64,000 nucleotides of DNA from a virus. The DNA lies in the IMG/VR virus record IMGVR_UViG_3300050821_009780, positions 32,001 through 96,000 of that record. The stretch is one strand, 5' to 3'. The notes below the pieces were generated by a model. That model did not search any database. It was not told where the DNA came from and saw only the letters and a program-made list of their open reading frames with translations. Below are positions 36,559 through 46,476 of this stretch, in pieces. Both the position numbers and the translations under genes were made by a program. The first letter of the stretch is position 1, and each line of letters opens with the position of its first letter.

Positions 36559-39500
36559 CAGAACGGCGGACCTTCCCCTCCAGAAACAGCAGCATCCTTG
36601 GCTTCCTGAAGGGTATCGAAGGTACCGAGGTACTCAGTGCCATCGTAGGTCATGTAGCCCCCGTACGTGGCCTTCTCGACCTGCAGATCGCCGTTCTTCC
36701 AGGTGGGGTACGCCTCGCCGCCGCCCTTCACCCAGTTGAGGTCGGTGATCTGGCCGAGCAGCTCGCTGACCGTCGGCGGTGCGGCACCCGTCTCCTGGGC
36801 GGCCTGCTGCGCGGCGGCCTGGCCGGACTCGGCGGCCTGGGCGGACGGCTCGGTGGCCCCGGTGTACACCTGGGACTCGGCGAGCGGGTCGAGCAGCTCG
36901 GGGTGCGCGGCGAGGTTGGCCTTGACCTTGTCCACGGACGCCTTGCCGATGTGCTGGACAATCCTATCCTCGACGGGCAGGTAACGGATCTCGGTGATGC
37001 CGTGGTTCTTGAGGTAGGCGATGAGCTCGGCCCGGTCTTCCGCGTAGGACGACTGGACCAGCTCCACGTCGTCGAGCAGGGACAGCGCGTCGGAGATCAT
37101 GGTCTCGTTGCTGCCGCCGCTGTACTTGCGCCACACGTCCGGGTTCCAGTGGGCGTCCTTGCGCCGGTAGACGCCCTCGGCGCTGTACCCGCCCTCGCTG
37201 TACGGTATCTGGTTGCCGAAGTAGTCGTTGTCGTAGGAGTAGTTCCGGGTCCGGGCCAGGGTCAGCGGGCTGAACACGGCGGCGCGGTTATCGGTCACGT
37301 TGAGCCGGGTGAACACGTAGCCGGGGCCGCCGGACTCGTACGGGTTGCCGAGGCCGCCGGCCTCCGTCCCGGCCACCCGGATGAGGGCATCCTTGCCGTA
37401 TGACCCGCCTGCCTTGACGATGTAGGACGCAGCACTGCCGCTGCTGGACTGCCTGATGGGCATGGGCAGGCTCTTGACCTTCGCGGCCAGGTCGAACCGG
37501 TACCAGTCGGGCTTGCCGCCGACAACCGCCGGAGCGGTAGGGTCGAAGTGCTTCTGCCGGGGGAAGAAGCCGCCGCGCTCGGCCCAGTCCGCCACCTGCG
37601 CGGGGGAGGTCAGGGTGGCGAACGCGTCGCGGTACGCCCGCACCTCGGCCTGCGGGTCGGCCTTGCCCAGCGTCTCCAGTGCAGCGATGATCTTCCGGTG
37701 CTCGTTCTTGCCCGGCTTGGCGCCGCCGACAACCGGGTACGCCGTGCCCAGCCTCTCCTGCAGCACCTTCCACACCGGCTGGTCCTTGCTGTCCGCCCGA
37801 TCGTTCATGACGGACAGCAGGTGCCGCCAGTAGAACAGCTCGAAGTCGGGCACCTCGGCCTCGCGCATGTCCAGTCCGGCGAGCTGCAGGGCGGCGCGGA
37901 CGCGCTCCAGCGACGCGGCGCTGCCGTCCTTGCTGGTGAACCGGACGCGGCCCCAGTGGGAGACCTTGACGCCGGTGTCCTGGCCGTCGCCGAACTCGAT
38001 CTGCTCCCCGTCCGGCAGGGTCATCCGCCAGAACTTGCCGGGGTCCTGGTGCGCGCTGGTGTAGCTACCTGGGTTGAACTCGCCGGTGGTCTCGTCGATG
38101 CTGCCCTTGTCGTGCTTGGAGGCGGTGCCGGCCTGCAGCTTGATGCCGAGCGCGGACAGCTCATCCTTGACCTCGGGCTTGGGGGTGCTCTTCGGCAGCC
38201 AGCGGGGCAGATCGCCCTCGCCGAACCCGAACGAGCCTGCCTTGGCGTCCAGCACAGCCGCGATGTGCGACAGGTAGGTCTGGGCCATGTCGAGCAGGTT
38301 GCGGGACTGCTGAACCCCTGGGTCGGTGCTATCCGGGTGGGCACCGACCACGGCTTCTGCCGCCTGCTGCACCAGCTGCAGCTTCTGCTGCACCTCGGCC
38401 ATGGCGTCGAGCTTTCCCTGGTTGTACTGCCCGTCGGTCTTGTGCATGGTGACGCTGCGGGCCGCCGTGATGATCGTGTTGTAGTAGTTCTTTTCCCCGG
38501 CGAGGCCGCCGCGGTCGGGCGAATCGTACGGGGCCTTGCCGGGGCCGTAGCTGTCAGCCGGGTAGCTCACGGTGGTGTCGTCGGCGGGCGCGGCGTCCTT
38601 GCCGCTGTGGCTCTTGAGCCAGCCGATGACCTTGTCGTAGGCGGTGCCCTTGAGGAACGTCTCCCCGTGGGTGACCTTGGCTCCCTGGCCGTCGTTCTGC
38701 TGCCAGAGCAGCACGTGCATATCGCGCAGCTCGGGGCCGCCGAAGAACGCGGGGACGCCGTGGCTCTTGGCGGCGGCGACGTGGTCCAGCAGGCCCGGCT
38801 CGCTGAACCCGGAGTGCAGCGGGGCGCCGTGCGCGTCGGGGAGCCGCTGGACCGGGACCTCGGGCAGCCCGGTGACGCTGCCCTGCTTCAGCACCGGCTT
38901 GTCCGGGGGCAGCGCCTGCCATGCCTTGAGCGCGGCATCCAGGATCGCCTGGTCGCGGGCGGCGACGGTCTTGCTCTCGCTCTGCGCGAGGAGCTGCTTC
39001 GCCTCCTCCAGTGCCACCCATTTCGTCTGCTCGGTCTCCCCGTTGTCCAGCTCCGGGGTAGCGACCGCGCCCTCGGCCTTGGCCAGATAGAAGTAGGAGG
39101 TGGACTGGGTGCCGGTGAAGGCACCGGGCACGTAGCCGACCGGCTGGTACCTGGCGCCCATCTCCTCGGCGGTCTCCCGCACGGCGGCCTGCAGGGAGGT
39201 CTCGCCCGGATCGGCCCCGCCCTTGGAGAAGCTCCACGCGGTGCTGTTGTAGTGGTTCTTGACCTCGCGCAGCTGCACCTGGCCCTGATCGTTGAACACC
39301 ACCAGGCCGTAGCGGGGGTTGTGCCCGGGGGCATCGCCCCACGGGCTGCTCTTGCCGAAGTCGGAGGAGGCCCCGGCGTACCCGGCGTCCTGGTAGACCT
39401 GCGCCCACAGCTTGGTGAAGTCGTCTGCGAGGCTGTTCTTGCGGCGCAGCACCTCGTCGATGAGCGCCTGCCTGGACCCGAGGGAGCCGAACTTGGTGCG

Positions 39501-42500
39501 GTGCGCGAAGCCCTGCTCCAGGATGTTCTGCACGCTGGCGTCGGACACGTTCTGAATCTTGCGCGCCTGCTGGATGACCTGGAGGAACGCCTGGTCGGCA
39601 GCGTCCTTGGTGACCTGGTGGTTGCGGATGCCGTCGTACAGCCGGGTGTAGACGAGCTGGGTCATGGTGTCCATGGCGCTGGTGCCGGCCAGGCCGGGCC
39701 AGTCCATGTTGCCCCAGGCGCGGCCCTTGTCGATGCCGGCGATGTGCCCGTCCGGCGTCTTGATCATGTTGTTGGCGGAGCTGTCATCGTTGGACAGCAC
39801 CCAGTCGAGCAGGTGCTCGGACGCGATGTCGGCGACCTGCGCGGGGGTGAACGCGGACCAGGGCGGCAGGTCGGTGTAGTAGCCGAGCGGCTCGCCGGGG
39901 ATGGCCTTCTGCGCCTGCACCGGGCTGCCGCCGAACGCGGGGTCGGTCAGCAGCTGGGACTCGGCGGTCCGGAACCCGAACAGCTTGCCGAGCCGGTTGG
40001 CGGCGTGCTCCTGCTCCAGCCGGAACAGCCCGCCCCCGGCGCTGCTGGAGGGAGGCGCTGGCTTGACGTACCAGGTGCTGGTCTCCCCGGTGTAGGGGAT
40101 GGTCCTGGTGGCCTTCCACACCTCGTGCCCGTGGCTGGGCATATCCCCCGTGGGGATCTTCTTCCACACCGGGACGGACTGCTCGGCGACGGCCTTGACG
40201 TGCTCGTTATCGAGCCACTTCTGGATCGCCTGCTTCTTGTAGAAGGTGTAGTCCAGGACGTAGGCGAGGGTGTTGCCCATCTCGTCGGCGAGCTGCTGGA
40301 GGTAGGGGGTGACCTCGGCCTCGTGGTCGTCGGCGAACGCCTGCACAGCGGTCTCGGACCACTCGTCGGCGGGGGTGCTCGCCTGCACGTACGCGTCGTA
40401 GGCGTTGGCTGGCTGGAGGCCGTCGGTCCAGACGGGCGGCTCGGTCTTGGGAGACTGGCCCTGGCCGAACCGGTCGTTCGCGGTGCCGGTGAGCTGGTCC
40501 ACCGCAGCCTGGTCGTGGCCGCGGTGCGCCTTGACGACCATCTCCCGCTCGTAGGGGTACAGGTGCTCGGCGTGCTGGAAGCCCATTTTGATCAGGTAGT
40601 TGGCGACCTCTGCGGCGGGAAGGTTGGCCAGCCCGGCGGAGGACCAGGTGCCGGGGATGTCCTGGCTGGCCGGGACCTGGTGCGGGTCGAGCGGGGACCA
40701 GGTGACCTGGTGGGTTTCCGTGTTGTCCGGGGCTCCGGGGTGGGCGGGGGAGACCTTGCCGCCCTTGGCGTCCAGCTCGAAGACAGCCTTCATGTCCCCG
40801 GCCTTCCACGCCTTGGCCCACAGCAGGAGATCGTAAGCCGACAGTGAGGACAGGTGCGTGCCGACCACCTGGCCCTTGCCGAACTGCTGGGAAATGTCCT
40901 TGATCTTGGCGATGGTCTCAGTCTTGGTGCCGAGCATCCCCGAGTCGGGGAGGAACCCGGTGTAGGGCTGCGCCCAGCCCTGCGGGGTGAAGGTGAAGAT
41001 GTCCTTGGCAGAGGTGACGCCCTCCGGCATGGTCTTCAGGAAAACGGGGCCTTCGGACTTCTCTGCCTTGGCCGCCTTAGCCGGGACTGCGCCTGGTTCG
41101 ACCTTGCTGACCTCCGCGCCCTCCGGCAGTCCGGGCACGGCGAGCAGCTCGGTCAGCAGCCCGGTGACTGCGGCCTTCTGCTTGTCCCCGGTATCCCCCT
41201 GGTGGTCGGCCATGAACTGCTTGCCGAAGCCCTTGTAGCTGTTCCACTTGACGAAATCGTCCCCTGCCAGGAACTTCTGGAACTCCGGGACGAACTGCAG
41301 TCCCGGGCTGTTGTTCAGCGTGTCGAGCAGCGCCTGAATCTCGTCCCTGGTCTTGATATCGCTGCCCCAGATGTGGTAGCCCGTCGGCTTGGTCCCCGGC
41401 TCGACGACGGTGGTGCCATACTTGTCGAGTACGGTCCCGGACTGCATGAGCGCGTCTACCGTGTAGTCCGGGACGACATTCGGGGCGGCCCCGTCGTTGG
41501 ACTTCCACTGGGCGCTGCCATCGCTGAAGACGACAAGCTCCCCCGCTGTTTCCGGAGCCTTCCCGGCGCCGCTCCACAGTTTGAGGTCACTGGCAGGAGC
41601 CAGCACGGTGGCGTAGGCGACCTGGTCCGGGGGCTGCCCCGCCTGCGGGAACGGGACGCTTGAGTACTGGGTGGCCTTCTCCAGCTGCTTCGCGGCGGCG
41701 GCCGGAGTCAGCTCCTTGCTGCTGCCGTCGGTGGCGAAGTAGATGTACTTGCCCCACGCCTTGGTGCCGTACTTCCAGAAGTCGGAGTTGTAGCCGCCGA
41801 CCTTGACGGGCTGCACGTGCAGGTAGGACTTGCCCTTGGGGTTCTTCCAGTACCCGGCCCCGAACAGCTTGCCGTCCACGTTGACGGCGGCGGGCACGAC
41901 GTTCGCCTTGACCGCCTGCAGCAGCTGGTCCTGCAGCTCGGGCGACGGGGCCGCCAGGTCCCCGCCCTGCGGGTGGTAGGACACCTCCAGGGTCAGCGGG
42001 TTGACCTTGTAGTACTCGTCGGTGCTGCTCTGCAGGTACCCGCCGTGCCAGTTGCCGTACTCGTGCGAGATGTACTCGGTATCGCTGCCCTGGCTGCCCT
42101 TCTCGGCCAGCTTGTAGGCGGCGGCGAGCAGCCAGGTCGGGAAGAGCTTTTCGCTGCCGTGCTCGCTTATCGCCTGCCCGGCGGTCATGGCCCCGAACGA
42201 GACGGTCTTCAACGCGTCGGCGACCTCCTTGCCGTGCGCAGCCTCCTCGACGGACGGCGGCTCCTTCGGCGTCAGGGAACTACCGTTCAGGTCCTTATCG
42301 CTGACGTAGTACGACGGAGCCTTCTTGACCTGAGTGTTACCGCTGTAGCTCTGGATGTACCACCACTGACCGGACGGGTCGCGGGCATAGGCGCCACCGT
42401 AGGGTCCGGTCTTCTCGTAGACCACCGAGCCGGGCGGGAACTCCCCGACCAGCACCCCGCCCTTGAGGGCGGGCACGGGAGACTCGGCGGGCTTGTACGA

Positions 42501-44951
42501 CGGCTCGTCTGCCGGGATAGGGACCGGAGACCCTCCTGGCCCGAGTCCGGGTGCCTCCGGCTCCGGAGCAGCAGGCGGCTCCTCGGCGGGCTTGACGCCC
42601 TGCTTCAGGTAGAGCAGCACCGACTCCGGCTCGCGCGGGAACAAGGTGCCGCCCGGGGCGTGCATGAGCACCCGGTGGTCCGGGGTGACCTCGTAGAACA
42701 GCTCGCCGGGGGCACCGAGGGTGCCCTCAGTCGGCTTGGAGGTGGTGGTCTCCCAGCTGCCGGCGTCGTTCTTGTAGAGGTACTGCTTAGTATCCAGCGC
42801 GCTGGTGTAGACCAGCAGCCGGGCCAGGTGCTGGGCCAGGGTCGTCGCCTCGTGCGGGTTGTAGAGATCTGTCGGCTGAAGGTCGGTCAGCTTCTCGTCG
42901 ATCTCCTTCCACTGCGGGTTCTTCTTCCACTGCGCCGCCGTCGCCCAGTCCGGCAGCCGGGCGGCGGCGGACGGCTCGGGGGCCTGCTCCGCAGCGGCCT
43001 GGGACTTATCCTGCGCGGCCTCGGTCCCGCCCTGCGGCTCCAGCCAGATGTGCACAGCATTCCACAGCAGCGTGTCGGCGCTGGTCGGCTCGCCGCCGAA
43101 CATGTCGTGGTAAGTGGCCTTCAGCTGCGGGGTGACCTTGTAGTACGGCACACCATCTGGAGCAACCGGCTGGACTCCGAACTGGCCCGCCACGGGCGTC
43201 GTATAGTAGTCCTGGCCGAAGTCCGCGGCGTTCTGCGCGGCCTTGGCCATGGCACCATACGCAGTGCTGTACCAGCTCTTCTTGATGTTGCCGTTCTTGG
43301 CCAGGTCGTACAGCTCGGCGGCCTCGGTGTGCCCGGTGGCGTCGTCGGCCTTGGCGAGCAGCCCGGCCTTCTCGGTCAGCGCGGCGATGAACACCGTCTT
43401 GGCGTAGCCGAAGTGCTGCTGCTTGGTGCCCTTCTGCTGCGGCAGGTGCTCGGTATCGGGGTGCTGGTCCTCGTAGGCGTGGATGACGGCCCAGTAGTCG
43501 GACTCGGCGAGGGGGTTGCCCTTGGCCTTGAGCACCTGCTTGATCGCGGTGGACTTGGCGGCGGTCAGCGCGTCCACCGCATCCTGCACCTGCTCGGCGG
43601 TGGCGGTGACCCCGCCCAGCTCGAAGGTGTGCGGGGTGAGTAGCTGAGCGTGCTCCGCCTCGGCCTGCACCTTGTCCTGGGCGGCCTGCAGCGCATCCTG
43701 CTCGGCCTCGGTGTGCGCCAGGTGCGCGGCCCGCCCGGCCAGGTGGTGGATGACCGCCGACTTGACCTGCCCGACGTGCTCCTTCTTAGTGCCGGGAGCG
43801 ACCTTCAGCTCGGGGTGCTTGCTCAGTTCCTGCTGAGCTACCTGGTGGTAGTCCATCGCTGCCAGCGCGTGGCCGGCCTTGGCGAGGGGCTGCTTGACGG
43901 CGGTGGACTTGTCGTCCTGGAGGATTTTCAGGGCATGCTGGATCTCGTCCTTGGTGACGGCGAGCGGCGGGCCCTCCTTAGCAGCAACCTCGGCCTTAAG
44001 CTTGCCGGGCTGGCTCTCGCCAGGGACGGGCAGCGGCGCGTGCTGCTCCGCCTGGTCGTCGTCCGGGACAATGGCACCAGCCTTGAGCCAGGCGTCCTGA
44101 TGCTGCTCGGCTGGCTCCTTAACCACCTCGCCGCTGTGGAGCACAAGGTGCCAGGCACCTTGCGGGTCCTTAGCCCACTTGCCGTGCAGGTTCTTATCAT
44201 CCGCGTTGACTGCCTTGTAGACCTTCCAGTCAGCGGGTACCCAGGCGGCGTGCTTGCCGTTAAAGCTGACCGATTTCTGCGGCGGTGCCTCGTCCAGCTT
44301 CTTCCAGTGCTGGGCGAGGATCTCCTGAGCGGTCTTAGCGGTCGGCAGGGCCGACGAATCGGCCGGGTGGTCCGAGTGGAACAGGACGTGCTCGGCAGGC
44401 TTGCCGTCCTGATCCTTCTTGACGATAACCTTGGGCGCGGCCTTGACCGCCGCCGGGTTGTGCACGTCGGTGCTGTTCGGCACGTGCACATCGAGGTCCT
44501 TGTGCACGGCGAACTCGTGGTTGCCGGACTGGACCCACTTGTGGGTGCCGGCCTCGACCGCCTGGTGCGCGTCCTTGTCGGCCTTATCCGGGTCCTTCCA
44601 CTGGTTGGCGACCCACTTGGCCTCGGAGGTGTCGTAGATGAAGTGCGACGGAGCGCCCTTGACGTAGTGGGCGGTGCCGCCGTGCGCCTCGGAGGGAGCG
44701 TGCTGCGGGTGCGGGATGATCAAGCTGCCGATGGGGGCCTTGTAGAACGCCTCGCCGAGAGCGGAGGCGACCTTCTTCGGCGGCCCGTGCTGCCCCTGCA
44801 GCCCGGCAGCCTTCTGCGCGGCATCTTGGGCAGCCTCGGTGGTGGCTGCGGCCTGCTGGGCGATGGTGGCCCCGGGCAGCGCCGCAGCGGCGGGGTTGCC
44901 TGCCAGGTAAAGCAGCCCGAGCGTCAGGGCCTGCTGCTTCGTGAGGGCCAC
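36558..44951 (-). CDS. 2797-aa multidomain protein: PI3/4-kinase/HipA-like domain, Nudix hydrolase, possible ART-like C-terminus
   Basis: WYVKP..EQEHAANRL..DWVLSNDDSSANN..IDKG; exact Nudix box GGADPGETSLQAAVRETAEEMG; GGPGYVFTR..SNETM; SD GAGGGGAG. Confidence 0.85.
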   Translation of the reverse strand: MALTKQQALTLGLLYLAGNPAAAALPGATIAQQAAATTEAAQDAAQKAAGLQGQHGPPKKVASALGEAFYKAPIGSLIIPHPQHAPSEAHGGTAHYVKGAPSHFIYDTSEAKWVANQWKDPDKADKDAHQAVEAGTHKWVQSGNHEFAVHKDLDVHVPNSTDVHNPAAVKAAPKVIVKKDQDGKPAEHVLFHSDHPADSSALPTAKTAQEILAQHWKKLDEAPPQKSVSFNGKHAAWVPADWKVYKAVNADDKNLHGKWAKDPQGAWHLVLHSGEVVKEPAEQHQDAWLKAGAIVPDDDQAEQHAPLPVPGESQPGKLKAEVAAKEGPPLAVTKDEIQHALKILQDDKSTAVKQPLAKAGHALAAMDYHQVAQQELSKHPELKVAPGTKKEHVGQVKSAVIHHLAGRAAHLAHTEAEQDALQAAQDKVQAEAEHAQLLTPHTFELGGVTATAEQVQDAVDALTAAKSTAIKQVLKAKGNPLAESDYWAVIHAYEDQHPDTEHLPQQKGTKQQHFGYAKTVFIAALTEKAGLLAKADDATGHTEAAELYDLAKNGNIKKSWYSTAYGAMAKAAQNAADFGQDYYTTPVAGQFGVQPVAPDGVPYYKVTPQLKATYHDMFGGEPTSADTLLWNAVHIWLEPQGGTEAAQDKSQAAAEQAPEPSAAARLPDWATAAQWKKNPQWKEIDEKLTDLQPTDLYNPHEATTLAQHLARLLVYTSALDTKQYLYKNDAGSWETTTSKPTEGTLGAPGELFYEVTPDHRVLMHAPGGTLFPREPESVLLYLKQGVKPAEEPPAAPEPEAPGLGPGGSPVPIPADEPSYKPAESPVPALKGGVLVGEFPPGSVVYEKTGPYGGAYARDPSGQWWYIQSYSGNTQVKKAPSYYVSDKDLNGSSLTPKEPPSVEEAAHGKEVADALKTVSFGAMTAGQAISEHGSEKLFPTWLLAAAYKLAEKGSQGSDTEYISHEYGNWHGGYLQSSTDEYYKVNPLTLEVSYHPQGGDLAAPSPELQDQLLQAVKANVVPAAVNVDGKLFGAGYWKNPKGKSYLHVQPVKVGGYNSDFWKYGTKAWGKYIYFATDGSSKELTPAAAAKQLEKATQYSSVPFPQAGQPPDQVAYATVLAPASDLKLWSGAGKAPETAGELVVFSDGSAQWKSNDGAAPNVVPDYTVDALMQSGTVLDKYGTTVVEPGTKPTGYHIWGSDIKTRDEIQALLDTLNNSPGLQFVPEFQKFLAGDDFVKWNSYKGFGKQFMADHQGDTGDKQKAAVTGLLTELLAVPGLPEGAEVSKVEPGAVPAKAAKAEKSEGPVFLKTMPEGVTSAKDIFTFTPQGWAQPYTGFLPDSGMLGTKTETIAKIKDISQQFGKGQVVGTHLSSLSAYDLLLWAKAWKAGDMKAVFELDAKGGKVSPAHPGAPDNTETHQVTWSPLDPHQVPASQDIPGTWSSAGLANLPAAEVANYLIKMGFQHAEHLYPYEREMVVKAHRGHDQAAVDQLTGTANDRFGQGQSPKTEPPVWTDGLQPANAYDAYVQASTPADEWSETAVQAFADDHEAEVTPYLQQLADEMGNTLAYVLDYTFYKKQAIQKWLDNEHVKAVAEQSVPVWKKIPTGDMPSHGHEVWKATRTIPYTGETSTWYVKPAPPSSSAGGGLFRLEQEHAANRLGKLFGFRTAESQLLTDPAFGGSPVQAQKAIPGEPLGYYTDLPPWSAFTPAQVADIASEHLLDWVLSNDDSSANNMIKTPDGHIAGIDKGRAWGNMDWPGLAGTSAMDTMTQLVYTRLYDGIRNHQVTKDAADQAFLQVIQQARKIQNVSDASVQNILEQGFAHRTKFGSLGSRQALIDEVLRRKNSLADDFTKLWAQVYQDAGYAGASSDFGKSSPWGDAPGHNPRYGLVVFNDQGQVQLREVKNHYNSTAWSFSKGGADPGETSLQAAVRETAEEMGARYQPVGYVPGAFTGTQSTSYFYLAKAEGAVATPELDNGETEQTKWVALEEAKQLLAQSESKTVAARDQAILDAALKAWQALPPDKPVLKQGSVTGLPEVPVQRLPDAHGAPLHSGFSEPGLLDHVAAAKSHGVPAFFGGPELRDMHVLLWQQNDGQGAKVTHGETFLKGTAYDKVIGWLKSHSGKDAAPADDTTVSYPADSYGPGKAPYDSPDRGGLAGEKNYYNTIITAARSVTMHKTDGQYNQGKLDAMAEVQQKLQLVQQAAEAVVGAHPDSTDPGVQQSRNLLDMAQTYLSHIAAVLDAKAGSFGFGEGDLPRWLPKSTPKPEVKDELSALGIKLQAGTASKHDKGSIDETTGEFNPGSYTSAHQDPGKFWRMTLPDGEQIEFGDGQDTGVKVSHWGRVRFTSKDGSAASLERVRAALQLAGLDMREAEVPDFELFYWRHLLSVMNDRADSKDQPVWKVLQERLGTAYPVVGGAKPGKNEHRKIIAALETLGKADPQAEVRAYRDAFATLTSPAQVADWAERGGFFPRQKHFDPTAPAVVGGKPDWYRFDLAAKVKSLPMPIRQSSSGSAASYIVKAGGSYGKDALIRVAGTEAGGLGNPYESGGPGYVFTRLNVTDNRAAVFSPLTLARTRNYSYDNDYFGNQIPYSEGGYSAEGVYRRKDAHWNPDVWRKYSGGSNETMISDALSLLDDVELVQSSYAEDRAELIAYLKNHGITEIRYLPVEDRIVQHIGKASVDKVKANLAAHPELLDPLAESQVYTGATEPSAQAAESGQAAAQQAAQETGAAPPTVSELLGQITDLNWVKGGGEAYPTWKNGDLQVEKATYGGYMTYDGTEYLGTFDTLQEAKDAAVSGGEGPPF

Positions 44952-44961
44952 CGTACTCCCC

Positions 44962-45180
44962 TCACTCGTCCGACAGGTACAGCCCGGGCACCTTCTCCAG
45001 CAGCCGGGTCACCATCTCAAGATCGGGGCCGGTGACGGTCAGGCCCTCGCGGTGCAGCTGCTCCAGCGAATCAGGCCCGAAGTCGAACTCCGCCTGGCTG
45101 CCGCGACCGTACTCGGCCAGCGCAATGAACGCGTTCGCGTAAGAGACGGTGCTCGCGGCACGGTACCGGACGGTGGTCAC
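44962..45180 (-). CDS. Hypothetical protein
   Basis: 72 aa; GTGA-coupled to MuF. Confidence 0.65.
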   Translation of the reverse strand: MTTVRYRAASTVSYANAFIALAEYGRGSQAEFDFGPDSLEQLHREGLTVTGPDLEMVTRLLEKVPGLYLSDE

Positions 45181-46187
45181 GTCCCTAGTACCTTCCGCAG
45201 CCGGGACAGTGCCTGACCCAGCTCGTGGGTGGCGGCCTTGAGGAAGTGCAGCAGCGCCTGGTACTTGTCCTCGGGCAACTCCCGGACATCGGAGGCGGCC
45301 AGGAGGCTGCCGGAACCTGGCCGGTCCGGGCTACCTGAGACTTTCTGATGGGGAGCAGCAGCAGTCTTGGCGCCCCCCTGGCCGCTCCCTGATGGTACCT
45401 GCCCGGCCTGGGGCGGAGGAAGATCAGCGACAATCACTGCGCCGCACCGGCACCGGGGATGCCGGGGCGGGCCGCGCAGCACGCCGTGGTAGAGCCGGGG
45501 CGGGCGGGTGAGCCGCCCGTGCCCGGCCAGGTCGGCCGGCTCCCCGGCCGGGAAGTTGCCGTGCAGCGGGACGACCATGCCGTTCAGGGCCCGGCACCAG
45601 TGGCAGGTGCGGGCATCGGGCGGCGCGGGCCAGGAACTGCACCGCCACTGCTTCCACACCCGCTCCCCGGACTCCTCGCGCAGGGTGCCGTCGGCGATCT
45701 CCTTCTCGGTGCGAGCGGCGACGGCAGCGGACTCCAGGGACAGCCGGTTGCGGAGCGCCAGCTCGAAGCCGACCTGGAGGACGGCAGCCCGGACGTGCGC
45801 GGCGCGCTCGCGGGCGGACTCGGCGACCGGGGCCTGGCGGGGCGGGGTGACGCCCGCCCGGAAGTGCCGGGTTTCCACCGAGGTGTGAGCGGCCCGGATC
45901 TCCGCCCGCAGGCGGCCGAGCGCATCATAGGAGCGGTCCACGTCGTCCACCAGCCAGGACAGGTAGTCGTGCGGTGGCCCCCCGGCGGCAGCCCACGCCT
46001 GGCGCACCGCCTCGGCAGCGGTCTCCCGGGCGCGATCGAGGGTCTCCTGGAGCACCGCGTCCACGTCCGGGCGGGTCAGCAGGGCGGAAGCGGACCCCTG
46101 CGGGTTGTTCTGCACCAGCAGCCCGATATACCGGGCGGCGTAGGCGAACGCCTCACGGACGCTGCGGCTCAGCTCCTCCGGGGTCAC
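45177..46187 (-). CDS. MuF/SPP1 gp7-like minor head protein
   Basis: KQW..DARTCHWCRALNG..PPRHPRCRC. Confidence 0.85.
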   Translation of the reverse strand: MTPEELSRSVREAFAYAARYIGLLVQNNPQGSASALLTRPDVDAVLQETLDRARETAAEAVRQAWAAAGGPPHDYLSWLVDDVDRSYDALGRLRAEIRAAHTSVETRHFRAGVTPPRQAPVAESARERAAHVRAAVLQVGFELALRNRLSLESAAVAARTEKEIADGTLREESGERVWKQWRCSSWPAPPDARTCHWCRALNGMVVPLHGNFPAGEPADLAGHGRLTRPPRLYHGVLRGPPRHPRCRCGAVIVADLPPPQAGQVPSGSGQGGAKTAAAPHQKVSGSPDRPGSGSLLAASDVRELPEDKYQALLHFLKAATHELGQALSRLRKVLGT

Positions 46188-46476
46188 GCTGCGGATGATC
46201 GCCCGACGCCGCCTCGTAGGCGGCGTGCAGCTGCTCGTACTGCCGATAGTCCACCCGCCCGGAGTGGAAGGCGCTGTTCACCTCGCCGAAGCTGCCCGGC
46301 GGCGGCAGCTCGCCCAGCTGCCCGATGGCATCGGCGAGCCTGGTCTGGAAGGCGGTCTTGCCGGCGGCGCGGGGCCAGTTCATGCCGCGGACCTGGGCGC
46401 AGGCTTCGGCGAGGCTGATGCGCCCGTTCTCCAGGTCGTCGAGCAGCGCGGACAGCCGCTTCTCCTGATCGCTCAC
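46153..46476 (-). CDS. Small helical protein coupled to the zeta-like gene
   Basis: GTG 46476 overlaps the upstream TGA. Confidence 0.65.
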   Translation of the reverse strand: MSDQEKRLSALLDDLENGRISLAEACAQVRGMNWPRAAGKTAFQTRLADAIGQLGELPPPGSFGEVNSAFHSGRVDYRQYEQLHAAYEAASGDHPQRDPGGAEPQRP

